Origin: Campylobacterales bacterium
GTDB lineage: Bacteria; Campylobacterota; Campylobacteria; Campylobacterales; Sulfurimonadaceae
NCBI GenBank assembly: GCA_038205935.1
Contig: JBBRBK010000041.1
Span: forward strand, 1 to 16,397
DNA length: 16,397 bases
Direction of reading: 5' to 3'
Shown here one piece after another: positions 1 to 9,120 of the stretch. The position numbers and the translations under genes were made by a program. Within the stretch, counting starts at the first letter, position 1, and each line of letters opens with the position of its first letter. The notes under the pieces were generated by a model. That model did no database searches. It saw only the letters and a list, made by a program, of their open reading frames with translations, and was not told where the DNA came from.

Positions 1-1
1 T

Positions 2-220
2 ATGGGAAAAATGCTCTATAGCGTCAAGAAAAGCTCACCCAATGCAATGATCTTTTTTATCAATGTATGGCAAGAGCACAAAGCCATCAAAATATTGGGC
101 ATACAGATGATACCGACTCAAATTATTTATGATGCTAAAGGTAAAGAAACTTACCGCCATATCGGACCGCTCACGGGCGAAGAACTAGATAAAGTACTCA
201 TACAATACAAAGTAAGATAA
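2..220 (+). CDS. Thioredoxin-fold protein, C-terminal part (5' end outside the window)
   Basis: The translation has a thioredoxin C-terminal pattern: FINV...IQMIPTQIIYDAKGKETYRHIG, with a cis-Pro-type IPT loop and beta-hairpin. No CxxC is visible; it would lie just upstream of position 1. Confidence 0.8.
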   Translation: MGKMLYSVKKSSPNAMIFFINVWQEHKAIKILGIQMIPTQIIYDAKGKETYRHIGPLTGEELDKVLIQYKVR

Positions 221-229
221 GGAGAAAAG

Positions 230-460
230 ATGAAAATAGAAATCTTAGGAACAGGCTGTACAAAATGCCGCGAACTTGAAGCAAAAGTGAAAGAAGCGGT
301 AGCTTCAAGCGGCAAATTTGTTCAAATAGAAAAAGTTGAAGATATCATGAAAATCATGGAATACAATGTCATGAGCACTCCCGGACTCGTGATCGATGGA
401 GTTGTAAAAACAACAGGAAAAGTACCGAGTGTAGATGAAATAATTGCGATGATGGGCTAA
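230..460 (+). CDS. Small redox-active disulfide protein (MTH895/Thioredoxin_3-like)
   Basis: 76 aa, MKIEILGTGCTKC (CxxC) ... YNVMSTPGLVIDGVVKTTGKVP, the typical signature of this family. RBS AAGGAG at 219-224. Confidence 0.92.
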   Translation: MKIEILGTGCTKCRELEAKVKEAVASSGKFVQIEKVEDIMKIMEYNVMSTPGLVIDGVVKTTGKVPSVDEIIAMMG

Positions 461-462
461 AG

Positions 463-1740
463 ATGCGACCTCATATTTTCCTCTCTTTATGTGTATTTAC
501 GACTTTAGTCCAAGGGACTACATTAAGGGAATTGTTTGAATCACTTAAGGCATCTCCAGCAGTTACAAAGGACCATATTCAGGTTCAAATAGCTGATAAA
601 ACAACTCAATTGCTTCATGCCTCTTTGTATCCAAAACTTTATGCTTTTGCTTCTGTTGAACATTATGATGCTCCCGCTAATATAGGACCAGTGACTCCAA
701 CTGAATCTGCTAGTTTGATGTTAACGGGTGATGCACTGCCTTTTAGTCAAAACCTTGAAAAACTAGGAGTCAAGGGAACAATGCCACTATATAACGCATC
801 TCTTTATGCTTTAATTGATGAGATGAAAATGATCCATAAAAGTTTACAAAGTCAAAAACGTCTTGATATACTTTCAAGAGAAGCAGAACTTGTTGATGCC
901 AATGGAGCATTAAGATACTATGAAGAACTCTCAAAATCCCTAGATTCACAAAACAAATCAATAGAAAAAACTAAAGAACGTATCGATGTTGGAGTTCATA
1001 ATGGTCGATATGCTGAGGCAGAAACTCTAAAACTTCAAAATGCCATTTCCACTCTTCATATAACACTTGAAGATACAAAGGCAAAACGCATTACATACAT
1101 ACAACAGATAAAAAAATTAGCAAACATTGAGATATCTCAAAGCGTTCCAATGAGTATAAAAGATGTATCTCTCTCCACAAAAGAACTTGTAGCACTTGAA
1201 CCCCTAAAACAGACTTTAAAGGCTAAAACATTTGCTGTGAAAGCTTCAGAGCGGATATTATTTCCAACTGTAAGTGCTGAAGCAACGCTCTTACGTGGAT
1301 GGGGAGAATCTTATAATACTCATTCTAGCTTTCACAAAGATTATGGAGTCGTTGGAGTTTATGTCAATATGCCAATTTTTGATTCAAGTACATATAAATC
1401 AATTGAAAAAAATCGTCTGTTGGCTCTTGAAACTCAAAATGAAGTAGAGCAGAAAAGAATTGACTTAGAAGCAGAAATTCAAATACTTAAAGGCGAAGAA
1501 ATAAGTTTGAATAATTCACTTATTAGTGCTGATGAGCGTATTAAATCAAGTGAAAAACTACTCCAAATCGCAACTATCGCAGTACGAAATGAACGCCTTA
1601 GTGTTGAGGAGTATCTCAGATACGAAAATGCACTTTTAGAGTCAAGAGCAACAAAAGTCTCTTTAGAGTGGAAACTGTGGAGAACACGCAGTTCATTAGC
1701 AATTATTTATGGCATTGATCTTGCCGACATACTGGAGTAA
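463..1740 (+). CDS. TolC-family outer membrane efflux protein
   Basis: 425 aa with an N-terminal signal-like segment, two OEP-like repeats (LYPKLYAFAS; LFPTVSAEA...VGVYVNMPIFD) and long helical stretches. It directly precedes adaptor and RND permease genes and starts 2 nt after the previous stop. Confidence 0.88.
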   Translation: MRPHIFLSLCVFTTLVQGTTLRELFESLKASPAVTKDHIQVQIADKTTQLLHASLYPKLYAFASVEHYDAPANIGPVTPTESASLMLTGDALPFSQNLEKLGVKGTMPLYNASLYALIDEMKMIHKSLQSQKRLDILSREAELVDANGALRYYEELSKSLDSQNKSIEKTKERIDVGVHNGRYAEAETLKLQNAISTLHITLEDTKAKRITYIQQIKKLANIEISQSVPMSIKDVSLSTKELVALEPLKQTLKAKTFAVKASERILFPTVSAEATLLRGWGESYNTHSSFHKDYGVVGVYVNMPIFDSSTYKSIEKNRLLALETQNEVEQKRIDLEAEIQILKGEEISLNNSLISADERIKSSEKLLQIATIAVRNERLSVEEYLRYENALLESRATKVSLEWKLWRTRSSLAIIYGIDLADILE

Positions 1741-1743
1741 ACT

Positions 1744-2826
1744 ATGAAAAAAAGAATAATTTTGACTTTTATTGTCATTGGAATTATTGTTGCGGGTGTA
1801 CTCGCTGTTAAAAATAAGCATAAGAGTCTTGATGCCATGAAAGTTCCTGAGAGTGAAAAAATATCGGTAAAGCTTTATATGCCACATTTTAAACAAGCAT
1901 CACTCTCTCTGCAAACACTTGCAGAAGTTGGAAGTGATAATGAGGTAGTTTTTACTCCTCGTTTTGGTGCTATGGTTGAATCAATGGCACCACTTGGAGC
2001 TACATGTAAGAAAGGAGATACGATTCTTCAGCTTGATTCGACAGATATTAAAACTGATATTCTTAATCTCAATCTTGACATAAGCACTGCAAAAGAGGAT
2101 TTAAATGCAAAACAAAGCATTTATGAAACAGTTCACAATGCACATAGCAGAACGATAGAATTATTAGCAGTTGGAGGAGCTTCTAAAGAACAATCTCAAA
2201 ATGAACAAGCACAACTTTCCTCTGCTCAAGCTGCTGTTGTATCCGCTAAAAGTAAAATAAGTACACTTCATGCTAAAGTCCTTATGGAAAATAATCTTCT
2301 TCGTTATACTCGGCTTATTGCTCCCTATGATGGAGTTGTCACACAAAAAGAAGTAAATATAGGTGATTATGTTCCAGTGAGCAAACCAATACTTACATTC
2401 TCTGGATATGATGGAAAATATTTAAAAATTAAACTTCCTCAGAGCGAATCAGCTCAGAAAATTTCTTACAACGGTGAAATTCTTCCCTTACTCCCTTTAA
2501 TAAGCTCTTTGGATAGTTTACAGACATTTGTTGCTCGTCCCTTACATGTAAAGGAAAATACAGGGGCTAAAATCAATGTTTCTCTTATTTCGTATGATAA
2601 TAATGCAACTTATTTACCCGCAGATACTCTTTTACGACAAAGTAACGGAGATATGATACTTATTTACAGTAATGGAAAAGTTATTCCAAAAAAAATAATA
2701 TTAGAACATTGTGATGCATCTGGATGTGTAACACAAGAGCATTTAGATGGTAAACAACTGATACAGGCTTCTCCAGATGTATTACTTCGTGCGCTCAGTG
2801 GCACTGCTTTGCATGTAGGACATTAA
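1744..2826 (+). CDS. RND efflux periplasmic adaptor (membrane fusion protein)
   Basis: Single N-terminal TM anchor, lipoyl half-motifs (GATCKKGDTILQLD; LIAPYDGVVTQKEVNIGDYV) flanking an alpha-helical hairpin (GGASKEQ). Confidence 0.92.
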   Translation: MKKRIILTFIVIGIIVAGVLAVKNKHKSLDAMKVPESEKISVKLYMPHFKQASLSLQTLAEVGSDNEVVFTPRFGAMVESMAPLGATCKKGDTILQLDSTDIKTDILNLNLDISTAKEDLNAKQSIYETVHNAHSRTIELLAVGGASKEQSQNEQAQLSSAQAAVVSAKSKISTLHAKVLMENNLLRYTRLIAPYDGVVTQKEVNIGDYVPVSKPILTFSGYDGKYLKIKLPQSESAQKISYNGEILPLLPLISSLDSLQTFVARPLHVKENTGAKINVSLISYDNNATYLPADTLLRQSNGDMILIYSNGKVIPKKIILEHCDASGCVTQEHLDGKQLIQASPDVLLRALSGTALHVGH

Positions 2827-2827
2827 G

Positions 2828-5800
2828 ATGTTTGAATATTTTTTTAGACGAAGTTATCTGCTTTTTTCGATGATAGCTGTCTTTATTGTTTTTGGAGTTG
2901 TGGGTCTTGTATTGACTCCAAAAAATCTTTTCCCCGATTCTGAACGTCCCCAAGCGATCATTATTACCCAAGTTCCAGGTGCGAGTGCACAACTTGCCGC
3001 TTCAACCGTCTCTAAGCCGATTGAAGAGGAGATGGCCCGTTTAGCATTAACTCGCCAAATTAGTTCGACAAGTATGAGTGGATATAGTATCGTCAAAGTT
3101 GAGTTTGAATACGATAAAGGGCTCTCTGCGGCGATTCAAGATGTCTCTAACGCTCTTTTGGTCGTTCGTCCTAAGCTTCCAGATAATGCAACTTCTGCCG
3201 TCTATAGTGCTGGCTCGTTTACCCAGCCAGTTGAAGTTATTGCTCTTTTTCCCAAAGACACAAGCACCTTAGAACTCTCACAACTACGCACCCTTGCCGA
3301 GGGACTCATAAAACCTAAACTCTTAGCAACAGGAAAGTTCGGAAATGTTGAAGTTTTCGGCGGTCATAAAAGCGCCTTTAAAATTGAGCTTAACCCCGAT
3401 AAAATCACAGCTTTAGGCTTAAAAATCGATAACGTCATTGCTGCGATTGCTTCAGTTGATAGAGATTCTCCTCTTGGGTTTAGCAAAAATGATAATTCCT
3501 TTATGACTATCACATATTATGGTGAGAAAACGGATATGACTGCCCTCAATGCTTTACATATTGCCCCAAATATCTCTTTAAAAGATGTGGCAAAAGTGAG
3601 TTGGAGTGAAGAGGAACGATTTAGTGGCTTTATGGGTAACGGTAAAAATGCCATTGCCTTGGCTATTGAACGCTCGCCGGGCGGAAGTGTTCTCTCAGTC
3701 AGTAATGCGGCACGCGAAGAGTTAATAAAACTCAAAAGCGCTTATCCAAATATTGATTTTAAAATCGTTGATACTCAGCGTAATCTGATCGAAACAGCCA
3801 ACATGAATATGCTCGAAGCGCTCCGCGACGCGATTATTTTTACACTCATTGTTTTGCTTTTCTTTTTAGGAAATCTTCGTGCTGTTTTAGCGGCGGGTAT
3901 TTCCATTCCATTAGTGTTCTTTGGTACGATCGGAATAATTTATTTGAGTGGAGGAGAACTCAATATTGTTATCTACACGGCAATTATTCTTGCTCTTGGA
4001 ATGTTAGTAGATGACGCTGTTGTGGTGTTAGAAAACATAGAACGTCACTTAGAAAAAGCTGAGGATCTTACCGACGCAATTAAAAATGGTACTCGTGAAG
4101 TTTTAGCTCCTATATTTGCTGGAACTATCGCTACCATTGCTATTATTGCTCCTTTAATGTTTGTTGGTGATTTCCCACAGACGATTTATCGTCCTCTTAT
4201 CTCCACACTCATTATTGCATTGATAATTTCATATGTTCTCTCGATTACTTTTATTCCTAAGCTCTCATACTATCTCTATAAAAATGGTCATGCAAAAAAC
4301 CGCTTTGAACTGTTTTTTGAAAGACTCTATCAAAATACACTAGCACGATTAATGCCTAGCTATCTTGCTGCACTTACTTTTACTCACAAAAGTACGCTTC
4401 GAAAAGTTGTCGTGACGGTAGGAATGGTGCTTGTTTTGGGATTAAGTATGAAAGTTGTTATGCCACTGATCGGCAAAGACACGATGCCGCCGATGGATAC
4501 GGGAATTATTAAAGCTTCCATCATGTTTAGCCCCAATGATACAACTCAAAGTGCCGAAGCGAAAATTAAGCCTTTTTTAACATGGCTCCACACCCAACCT
4601 GAAGTCCTCACCTCTGCGGTAAGCTTTGGAACTGAACCTGGAGTTTTATCGCTGGGAAGTGGTAATTTACCGACTGAAGCAACCATTACGATTAATTGTA
4701 AAAACCGTTTTGAGCGCAGTAAAACCATTTGGCAAATCGAGGATACGATCCGTTCCCATCTCCAAGCTATTGCGGGAATTAACAAAGCCGATGTGTTTGA
4801 TTTCGGCGCCACAGCCATCTCGACGATCAAAGCGCCGCTGGATGTTCGTCTTAGTGCCGATGATCCGGCATTCTTGCCAAGTGCCGCACATGAGGTTAAA
4901 CAACGATTAATGAGTATTACAGGGCTTACTAGCGTCTCTCAAAGCTGGGATACAAATCAGGCCGAAGTAGAGCTTGCCATTGATGTAAATAAGGCGTTAA
5001 GCTTCGGGATTACACCTCTGGGAATTTTTACTCAATTACCTCTCAATGGTCGGATTATCGGCTATGCTTCCAATCTTACCGCCTTGAGTGCACAGCCTCT
5101 ACGTCTGTATATCGATACTGCCCACAAAGCCGATGCACAAAATCTTTCAACTCTAATGATTTCAACTCCAAAAGGGTTAGTTCCGCTGGGAGAAATGGCA
5201 AAAGTAAATGTTCGCCTCACTAGTTCCAAAATTGAACGAACAGGAATGCGCTATACTCTTGATGTTAGTGGATATCGTGCAAAAAAAGCGGTTACACACC
5301 TTACTGATGATGCTACGGCACGTTTGGAAGGATTAAAACTCAATGGAATTACTATTTCACAAGAAGGAGATATTGCTCAGCTTAATGACTCTCTTGGTCG
5401 CATGCTCAAAGCCGTAGGAATGGGTCTCGCACTACTGTTTGTCGCACTGATTGCTATTTATGAATCGGTACGCCTCTCTGCTGTGATGATTCTTACTCTT
5501 CCGTTTGCTATGATCGGTGCGGCGTGGGGAATGCTACTTTTTGACAAACCAAGCTGTATGCCCAGTATGCTCGGTATATTATTGCTATTTGGAATTCTTA
5601 TTAAAAACTCGATCCTCTTGATCGACTTTTACAAAGAGAAGCGTCGCACCCATCCACCGTTTGAGAGCGCCATAGAGAGTGTACGACTCCGTTACCGTCC
5701 CGTTATGATGACGGCATTTGGAACCATTGCCGGAATGCTCCCAATCGCTTTTGAATGGGCTGTAGGATTGGAGCGTCTGTCGCCGCTAGCGGATGTTGCC

Positions 5801-5881
5801 ATCGGTGGACTCATTGTAGGAACGTTACTGACACTCTTTTTTGTCCCAATGATGGCCTATAGTGTCGATAAAGAAAAATAA
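2828..5881 (+). CDS. RND efflux permease, AcrB/AcrD/AcrF family
   Basis: 1017 aa; PGASA...VSKPIEE; TM4 ALGMLVDDAVVVLENIERH (DD proton relay); GILIKNSILLIDF (K); RYRPVMMT (R); two large periplasmic loops. Confidence 0.96.
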   Translation: MFEYFFRRSYLLFSMIAVFIVFGVVGLVLTPKNLFPDSERPQAIIITQVPGASAQLAASTVSKPIEEEMARLALTRQISSTSMSGYSIVKVEFEYDKGLSAAIQDVSNALLVVRPKLPDNATSAVYSAGSFTQPVEVIALFPKDTSTLELSQLRTLAEGLIKPKLLATGKFGNVEVFGGHKSAFKIELNPDKITALGLKIDNVIAAIASVDRDSPLGFSKNDNSFMTITYYGEKTDMTALNALHIAPNISLKDVAKVSWSEEERFSGFMGNGKNAIALAIERSPGGSVLSVSNAAREELIKLKSAYPNIDFKIVDTQRNLIETANMNMLEALRDAIIFTLIVLLFFLGNLRAVLAAGISIPLVFFGTIGIIYLSGGELNIVIYTAIILALGMLVDDAVVVLENIERHLEKAEDLTDAIKNGTREVLAPIFAGTIATIAIIAPLMFVGDFPQTIYRPLISTLIIALIISYVLSITFIPKLSYYLYKNGHAKNRFELFFERLYQNTLARLMPSYLAALTFTHKSTLRKVVVTVGMVLVLGLSMKVVMPLIGKDTMPPMDTGIIKASIMFSPNDTTQSAEAKIKPFLTWLHTQPEVLTSAVSFGTEPGVLSLGSGNLPTEATITINCKNRFERSKTIWQIEDTIRSHLQAIAGINKADVFDFGATAISTIKAPLDVRLSADDPAFLPSAAHEVKQRLMSITGLTSVSQSWDTNQAEVELAIDVNKALSFGITPLGIFTQLPLNGRIIGYASNLTALSAQPLRLYIDTAHKADAQNLSTLMISTPKGLVPLGEMAKVNVRLTSSKIERTGMRYTLDVSGYRAKKAVTHLTDDATARLEGLKLNGITISQEGDIAQLNDSLGRMLKAVGMGLALLFVALIAIYESVRLSAVMILTLPFAMIGAAWGMLLFDKPSCMPSMLGILLLFGILIKNSILLIDFYKEKRRTHPPFESAIESVRLRYRPVMMTAFGTIAGMLPIAFEWAVGLERLSPLADVAIGGLIVGTLLTLFFVPMMAYSVDKEK

Positions 5882-5943
5882 TGAATTTTGAAACTTGTCC
5901 TTAGAGTAATTTGAGAGAAACACCACTAATAAAGCTTTTATAA

Positions 5944-5999
5944 AGCGAGGAAATATCATAAACAAAAATATTTCTAGGAGCTAATATTTTTGACTCGCT
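5944..5999. terminator. Stem-loop between convergent RND permease and P-type ATPase genes; possible bidirectional terminator
   Basis: Perfect 10-bp inverted repeat CAAAAATATT (5963-5972)/AATATTTTTG (5983-5992), with an outer AGCGAG (5944-5949)/CTCGCT (5994-5999). The stem is AT-rich and there is no clean U-tract. Confidence 0.4.
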
Positions 6000-6027
6000 A
6001 TGCTGAGAAAATAAGAGATTAATAATG

Positions 6028-8541
6028 TTAATTTCTCTTTTCTCTTGTATCTATAAAATATAAAAATGCCAGCCACACTCCACTTGCTAGCAACATACTC
6101 AAAGATGCCCATAATGTCGAACTGCTAAATTGTGAAAACTTCATAATATTACGAAGCAGGGGGATAAAAACTACAGAAGCTAGGATAATACTCACGCCGC
6201 CAAGCATGTAAATAATCCAAGGATTTTTTTCTTTTGGAACTGCTTGTATAGAATATGTTTGATTACGATTTGCTAAAATGAGAAGAAATATTGTTAACAC
6301 AAAGGTGATAAATACACTGATGCGGATCTCTGTGTCAGTGTAATGAAAATACCGCAAGAGTAGGTCTCCCGTAATCAAAATAAAAGCGATTCCTCCTCCT
6401 TGGATAAGTGCAAAACCGATATTTGATAGTGCAAACGGACTCGTTGCAACACCTCTAGGTGGACGATTCATGATATCAGCAGCAGGCGGTTCTGATTCAA
6501 ATACAAGTGAACATGCGGGATCGATCAGAAGTTGAAGCAGTACGATGTGTGCCGGCATCAACAGTATGGGCCATTGAAGTAGAGCAGGCAAAAGTGTGAG
6601 GAGAATAATAGGCAGATGCACTGCAAATGCAAAACGTGTGGCTTTGGTGATGTTGTCATAGATGCGTCGCCCTTGAGCGATGGCATCGGTGATACTTGCA
6701 AAACTGTCATTGAGTAAAACGATTGATGATGCTTCACGGGCGACGTCCGTGCCTCTTTGCCCCATCGCAATTCCGATGTTTGAGGCTTTGAGTGCTGGTG
6801 CATCGTTTACGCCATCGCCCGTCATGGCGACTATTTCTCCATCATCTTGTAATATTTTTACAAGTCTTAATTTTTGTTCAGGTTTCATGCGCGCACAGAC
6901 GGTAATAGTTTTTAAACGCTCTTTTAAAATATCATCACTTAATGTTGCTATCTCATCACCTAAAATAACCTGTACATCTTTTGCTAAGCCGATTTGTTCG
7001 GCTATTGCCCGCGCAGTTGCGGGATGGTCACCTGTGAGCATCAAAACTTTGATGCCTGCGTCCAAGCACTCTTTTATGGCAGAGGGCACCTCTTGGCGGA
7101 TTGGGTCTATAAAACCTACCAAACCGAGGAATGTAAAATCAAAATCGTGCTGACTTTTTGGCCAACTTGCTTCTTCATCCTTTTTTTTCCACTCTCCACG
7201 GGCGACTCCAAGCACACGAAGTCCACGCTTAGCCATGAGTTCTACTCTCTCTTGAATGTCTTCTAATTTCTCTTGAGGAAGATGACACAGATCTGCTACA
7301 GCCTCGGGCGCACCTTTGGTAGCTAAGAGATAAACTAAAGGCTCTTCACTGGAGATGATACGTGTCATAGCCAAGATCTCTGCGGATAATTCATATTCAT
7401 GTTCTAAAATACTCTCATCATGGATATGCTCGGTGCCGCTGAGATACTTGTGTCCAAAAGAGTGTATTGCTTTTTCCATCGGGTCAAAAGGATCTGCAGG
7501 AGTTGCTAGCATTGCAAACTCTACAAGAGAGTGAAAATTTTCCTCTAGTTCCTCGTTTGATGTGGATGTAAATGAGCCATTATCTACTGAGAGTTCGGCA
7601 ACTTGCATAGAATTTTGCGTCAATGTCCCCGTTTTATCTACGGCAAGTACCGTAATAGTTCCAAGCGCTTCAACAGCTGTAATATTACGAGTAAGCACAT
7701 TTTTCTTCGCGATGCGCCAAGCACCTAAAGCCAAAAATACAGTAAGGATAACGGTGATCTCTTCAGGCAGGATAGCCATCGCCAAAGTGATACCTGAGAG
7801 TATACTTTGCAACAAGGACTGTTGATTCCATAACCAGTTGAGCAGTATAAGGATGAAGACCATTACAAAAGCTATGATGATAAGATTTTTGATGATGCCG
7901 CGTGAAGATTGTTGCAGTCTTGAAATAGTCTTATAGGAGATAGAAAGTGCTTTGCCTATATTTCCCACTTCTGTATGATTTCCGGTTTTTTCTACTACAG
8001 CTTGCCCATAGCCCTTTGTCACAACGGTACTGGCCAAAAGTGATGCAACTCCATCGGCTAGTTTGATTACGGGAACGGATTCTCCTGTGAGAAGTGATTC
8101 ATCGACCCAGAGCTGTCCATTGACTAATTTGGCATCAGCAGGTACACGGTCGCCTTCATGTAAAACAAGCAGATCGCCGGGAACTACATCTTGCCCTGAA
8201 ATGCGGATCTCTTCGCCATCTCTTATCACCAATGCACGAGGCGCTGAAAGGTCACGAAGAGATTCCAAGGCGCGTTGTGTTTTATGCTGTTGCACTAAAG
8301 TAATTGCGATCACCACAAAGACAAAGAGAAGTAAAAATATCGCTTCGGACATATCACCAAGAGCAAGATAGATGCCACCAGCGCCAAGAAGCATCAAAAA
8401 CATCGGCTCTCTGATAACGTCAAAAGCCATAGAGAAAACTGTTTTTTTCTGATTAAGAGAAAGAAGATTTAGACCATACTGTTGTAATCGTGCTTTAGCC
8501 TCATACGAACTCAGTCCGATGCTTTTCATCTCTTCACCCAT
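6028..8541 (-). CDS. Cation-translocating P-type ATPase (type II-like, PEE motif in TM4; substrate unknown)
   Basis: 837 aa; GDRVPAD, DESLLTGES, AILPEE, DKTGTLT phosphorylation site, KGAPE, TGDH, GDGVNDAPAL. RBS AAGGAA upstream of the ATG at 8541. Confidence 0.95.
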   Translation of the reverse strand: MGEEMKSIGLSSYEAKARLQQYGLNLLSLNQKKTVFSMAFDVIREPMFLMLLGAGGIYLALGDMSEAIFLLLFVFVVIAITLVQQHKTQRALESLRDLSAPRALVIRDGEEIRISGQDVVPGDLLVLHEGDRVPADAKLVNGQLWVDESLLTGESVPVIKLADGVASLLASTVVTKGYGQAVVEKTGNHTEVGNIGKALSISYKTISRLQQSSRGIIKNLIIIAFVMVFILILLNWLWNQQSLLQSILSGITLAMAILPEEITVILTVFLALGAWRIAKKNVLTRNITAVEALGTITVLAVDKTGTLTQNSMQVAELSVDNGSFTSTSNEELEENFHSLVEFAMLATPADPFDPMEKAIHSFGHKYLSGTEHIHDESILEHEYELSAEILAMTRIISSEEPLVYLLATKGAPEAVADLCHLPQEKLEDIQERVELMAKRGLRVLGVARGEWKKKDEEASWPKSQHDFDFTFLGLVGFIDPIRQEVPSAIKECLDAGIKVLMLTGDHPATARAIAEQIGLAKDVQVILGDEIATLSDDILKERLKTITVCARMKPEQKLRLVKILQDDGEIVAMTGDGVNDAPALKASNIGIAMGQRGTDVAREASSIVLLNDSFASITDAIAQGRRIYDNITKATRFAFAVHLPIILLTLLPALLQWPILLMPAHIVLLQLLIDPACSLVFESEPPAADIMNRPPRGVATSPFALSNIGFALIQGGGIAFILITGDLLLRYFHYTDTEIRISVFITFVLTIFLLILANRNQTYSIQAVPKEKNPWIIYMLGGVSIILASVVFIPLLRNIMKFSQFSSSTLWASLSMLLASGVWLAFLYFIDTREKRN

Positions 8542-8552
8542 GATATTTTCCT

Positions 8553-8564
8553 TTTACATGTAAA
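8553..8564. repeat. Perfect 12-bp palindrome TTTACATGTAAA abutting the P-type ATPase RBS (copy of the iterated TACATGTA motif)
   Basis: Read directly at 8553-8564 in the short intergenic gap. Confidence 0.75.
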
Positions 8565-8605
8565 GGCTATAAATGTAACTTCATTATTCTTGTTTTTTTT
8601 AGAAT

Positions 8606-9046
8606 TTACTCTTTATCTTTTGTTTCTTTACCAAAAGTTTTTTCTAAACCATTGATTAGATCTTGCTTTTGAGTATCACTTAACCTAGCTTCTGGATGTG
8701 TTGGAAGATAAAAGATTGGTGGCATTTCACCTTCACGTAGCTCTTTAGCAGCATCTTTAACTTTATTTTTTTTCTGTATTCCTAACATGGAAACATTAAA
8801 ATGTTCACGACCTTCTGTAACGTCTCTTTCTACTAACCATGAAACAGGTGCAATATTACTATACCACGGATAAGTTGTTTGATTTGAGTGACAATTTGCA
8901 CAAGTATTTTTGAAAAGCTCTTTAGTTTGAAGAGAATCCCATTGTGGTTCACTCAAAACTGGAGGATTGGTATGGTCTTTCCCGTAAGGGATAAATTGTA
9001 TTGCTACCACCGTTACTGCTAATGCAGCTAAAATTTTCATTTTCAT
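8606..9046 (-). CDS. Exported heme-binding domain protein (monoheme cytochrome c, Haem_bd-like)
   Basis: N-terminal signal/anchor; CANCH (CxxCH) followed by SNQTTYPWYSNIAPVSW...EGREHFN and a distal MPP. RBS AAGGAGA upstream. Confidence 0.9.
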   Translation of the reverse strand: MKMKILAALAVTVVAIQFIPYGKDHTNPPVLSEPQWDSLQTKELFKNTCANCHSNQTTYPWYSNIAPVSWLVERDVTEGREHFNVSMLGIQKKNKVKDAAKELREGEMPPIFYLPTHPEARLSDTQKQDLINGLEKTFGKETKDKE

Positions 9047-9079
9047 TTAGAATCTCCTTGAATTGATATCCATTTGTTT

Positions 9080-9096
9080 ATTATAACTCAATTATA
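9080..9096 (-). promoter_or_regulatory. Candidate sigma70 -10 boxes for the heme protein/ATPase unit
   Basis: Two TATAAT hexamers on the - strand (ATTATA at 9080-9085 and 9091-9096), 35-50 nt upstream of the start at 9046, with an AT-rich tract upstream. Confidence 0.45.
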
Positions 9097-9120
9097 TATA
9101 TTTTTTTTTGATTCTAAAGA

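Noticed and set aside
2828..5881. Calling the pump CusA/CzcA
   Set aside because: TM4 is of the LVDDA type rather than the DFG-containing heavy-metal-efflux type, so substrate and gene symbol are left unassigned.
5881..5904. ATG overlapping the permease stop (TAATG) giving MNFETCP*
   Set aside because: Only 7 codons, no clear RBS and nothing recognisable after the stop; it cannot be supported as a peptide or pseudogene.
7181..9109. Homopolymer T runs (7181-7188, 8593-8600, 9101-9109) as phase-variation tracts
   Set aside because: Runs of 8-9 A/T are common in AT-rich DNA, the reading frame is intact, and no poly-G/C tract is present.
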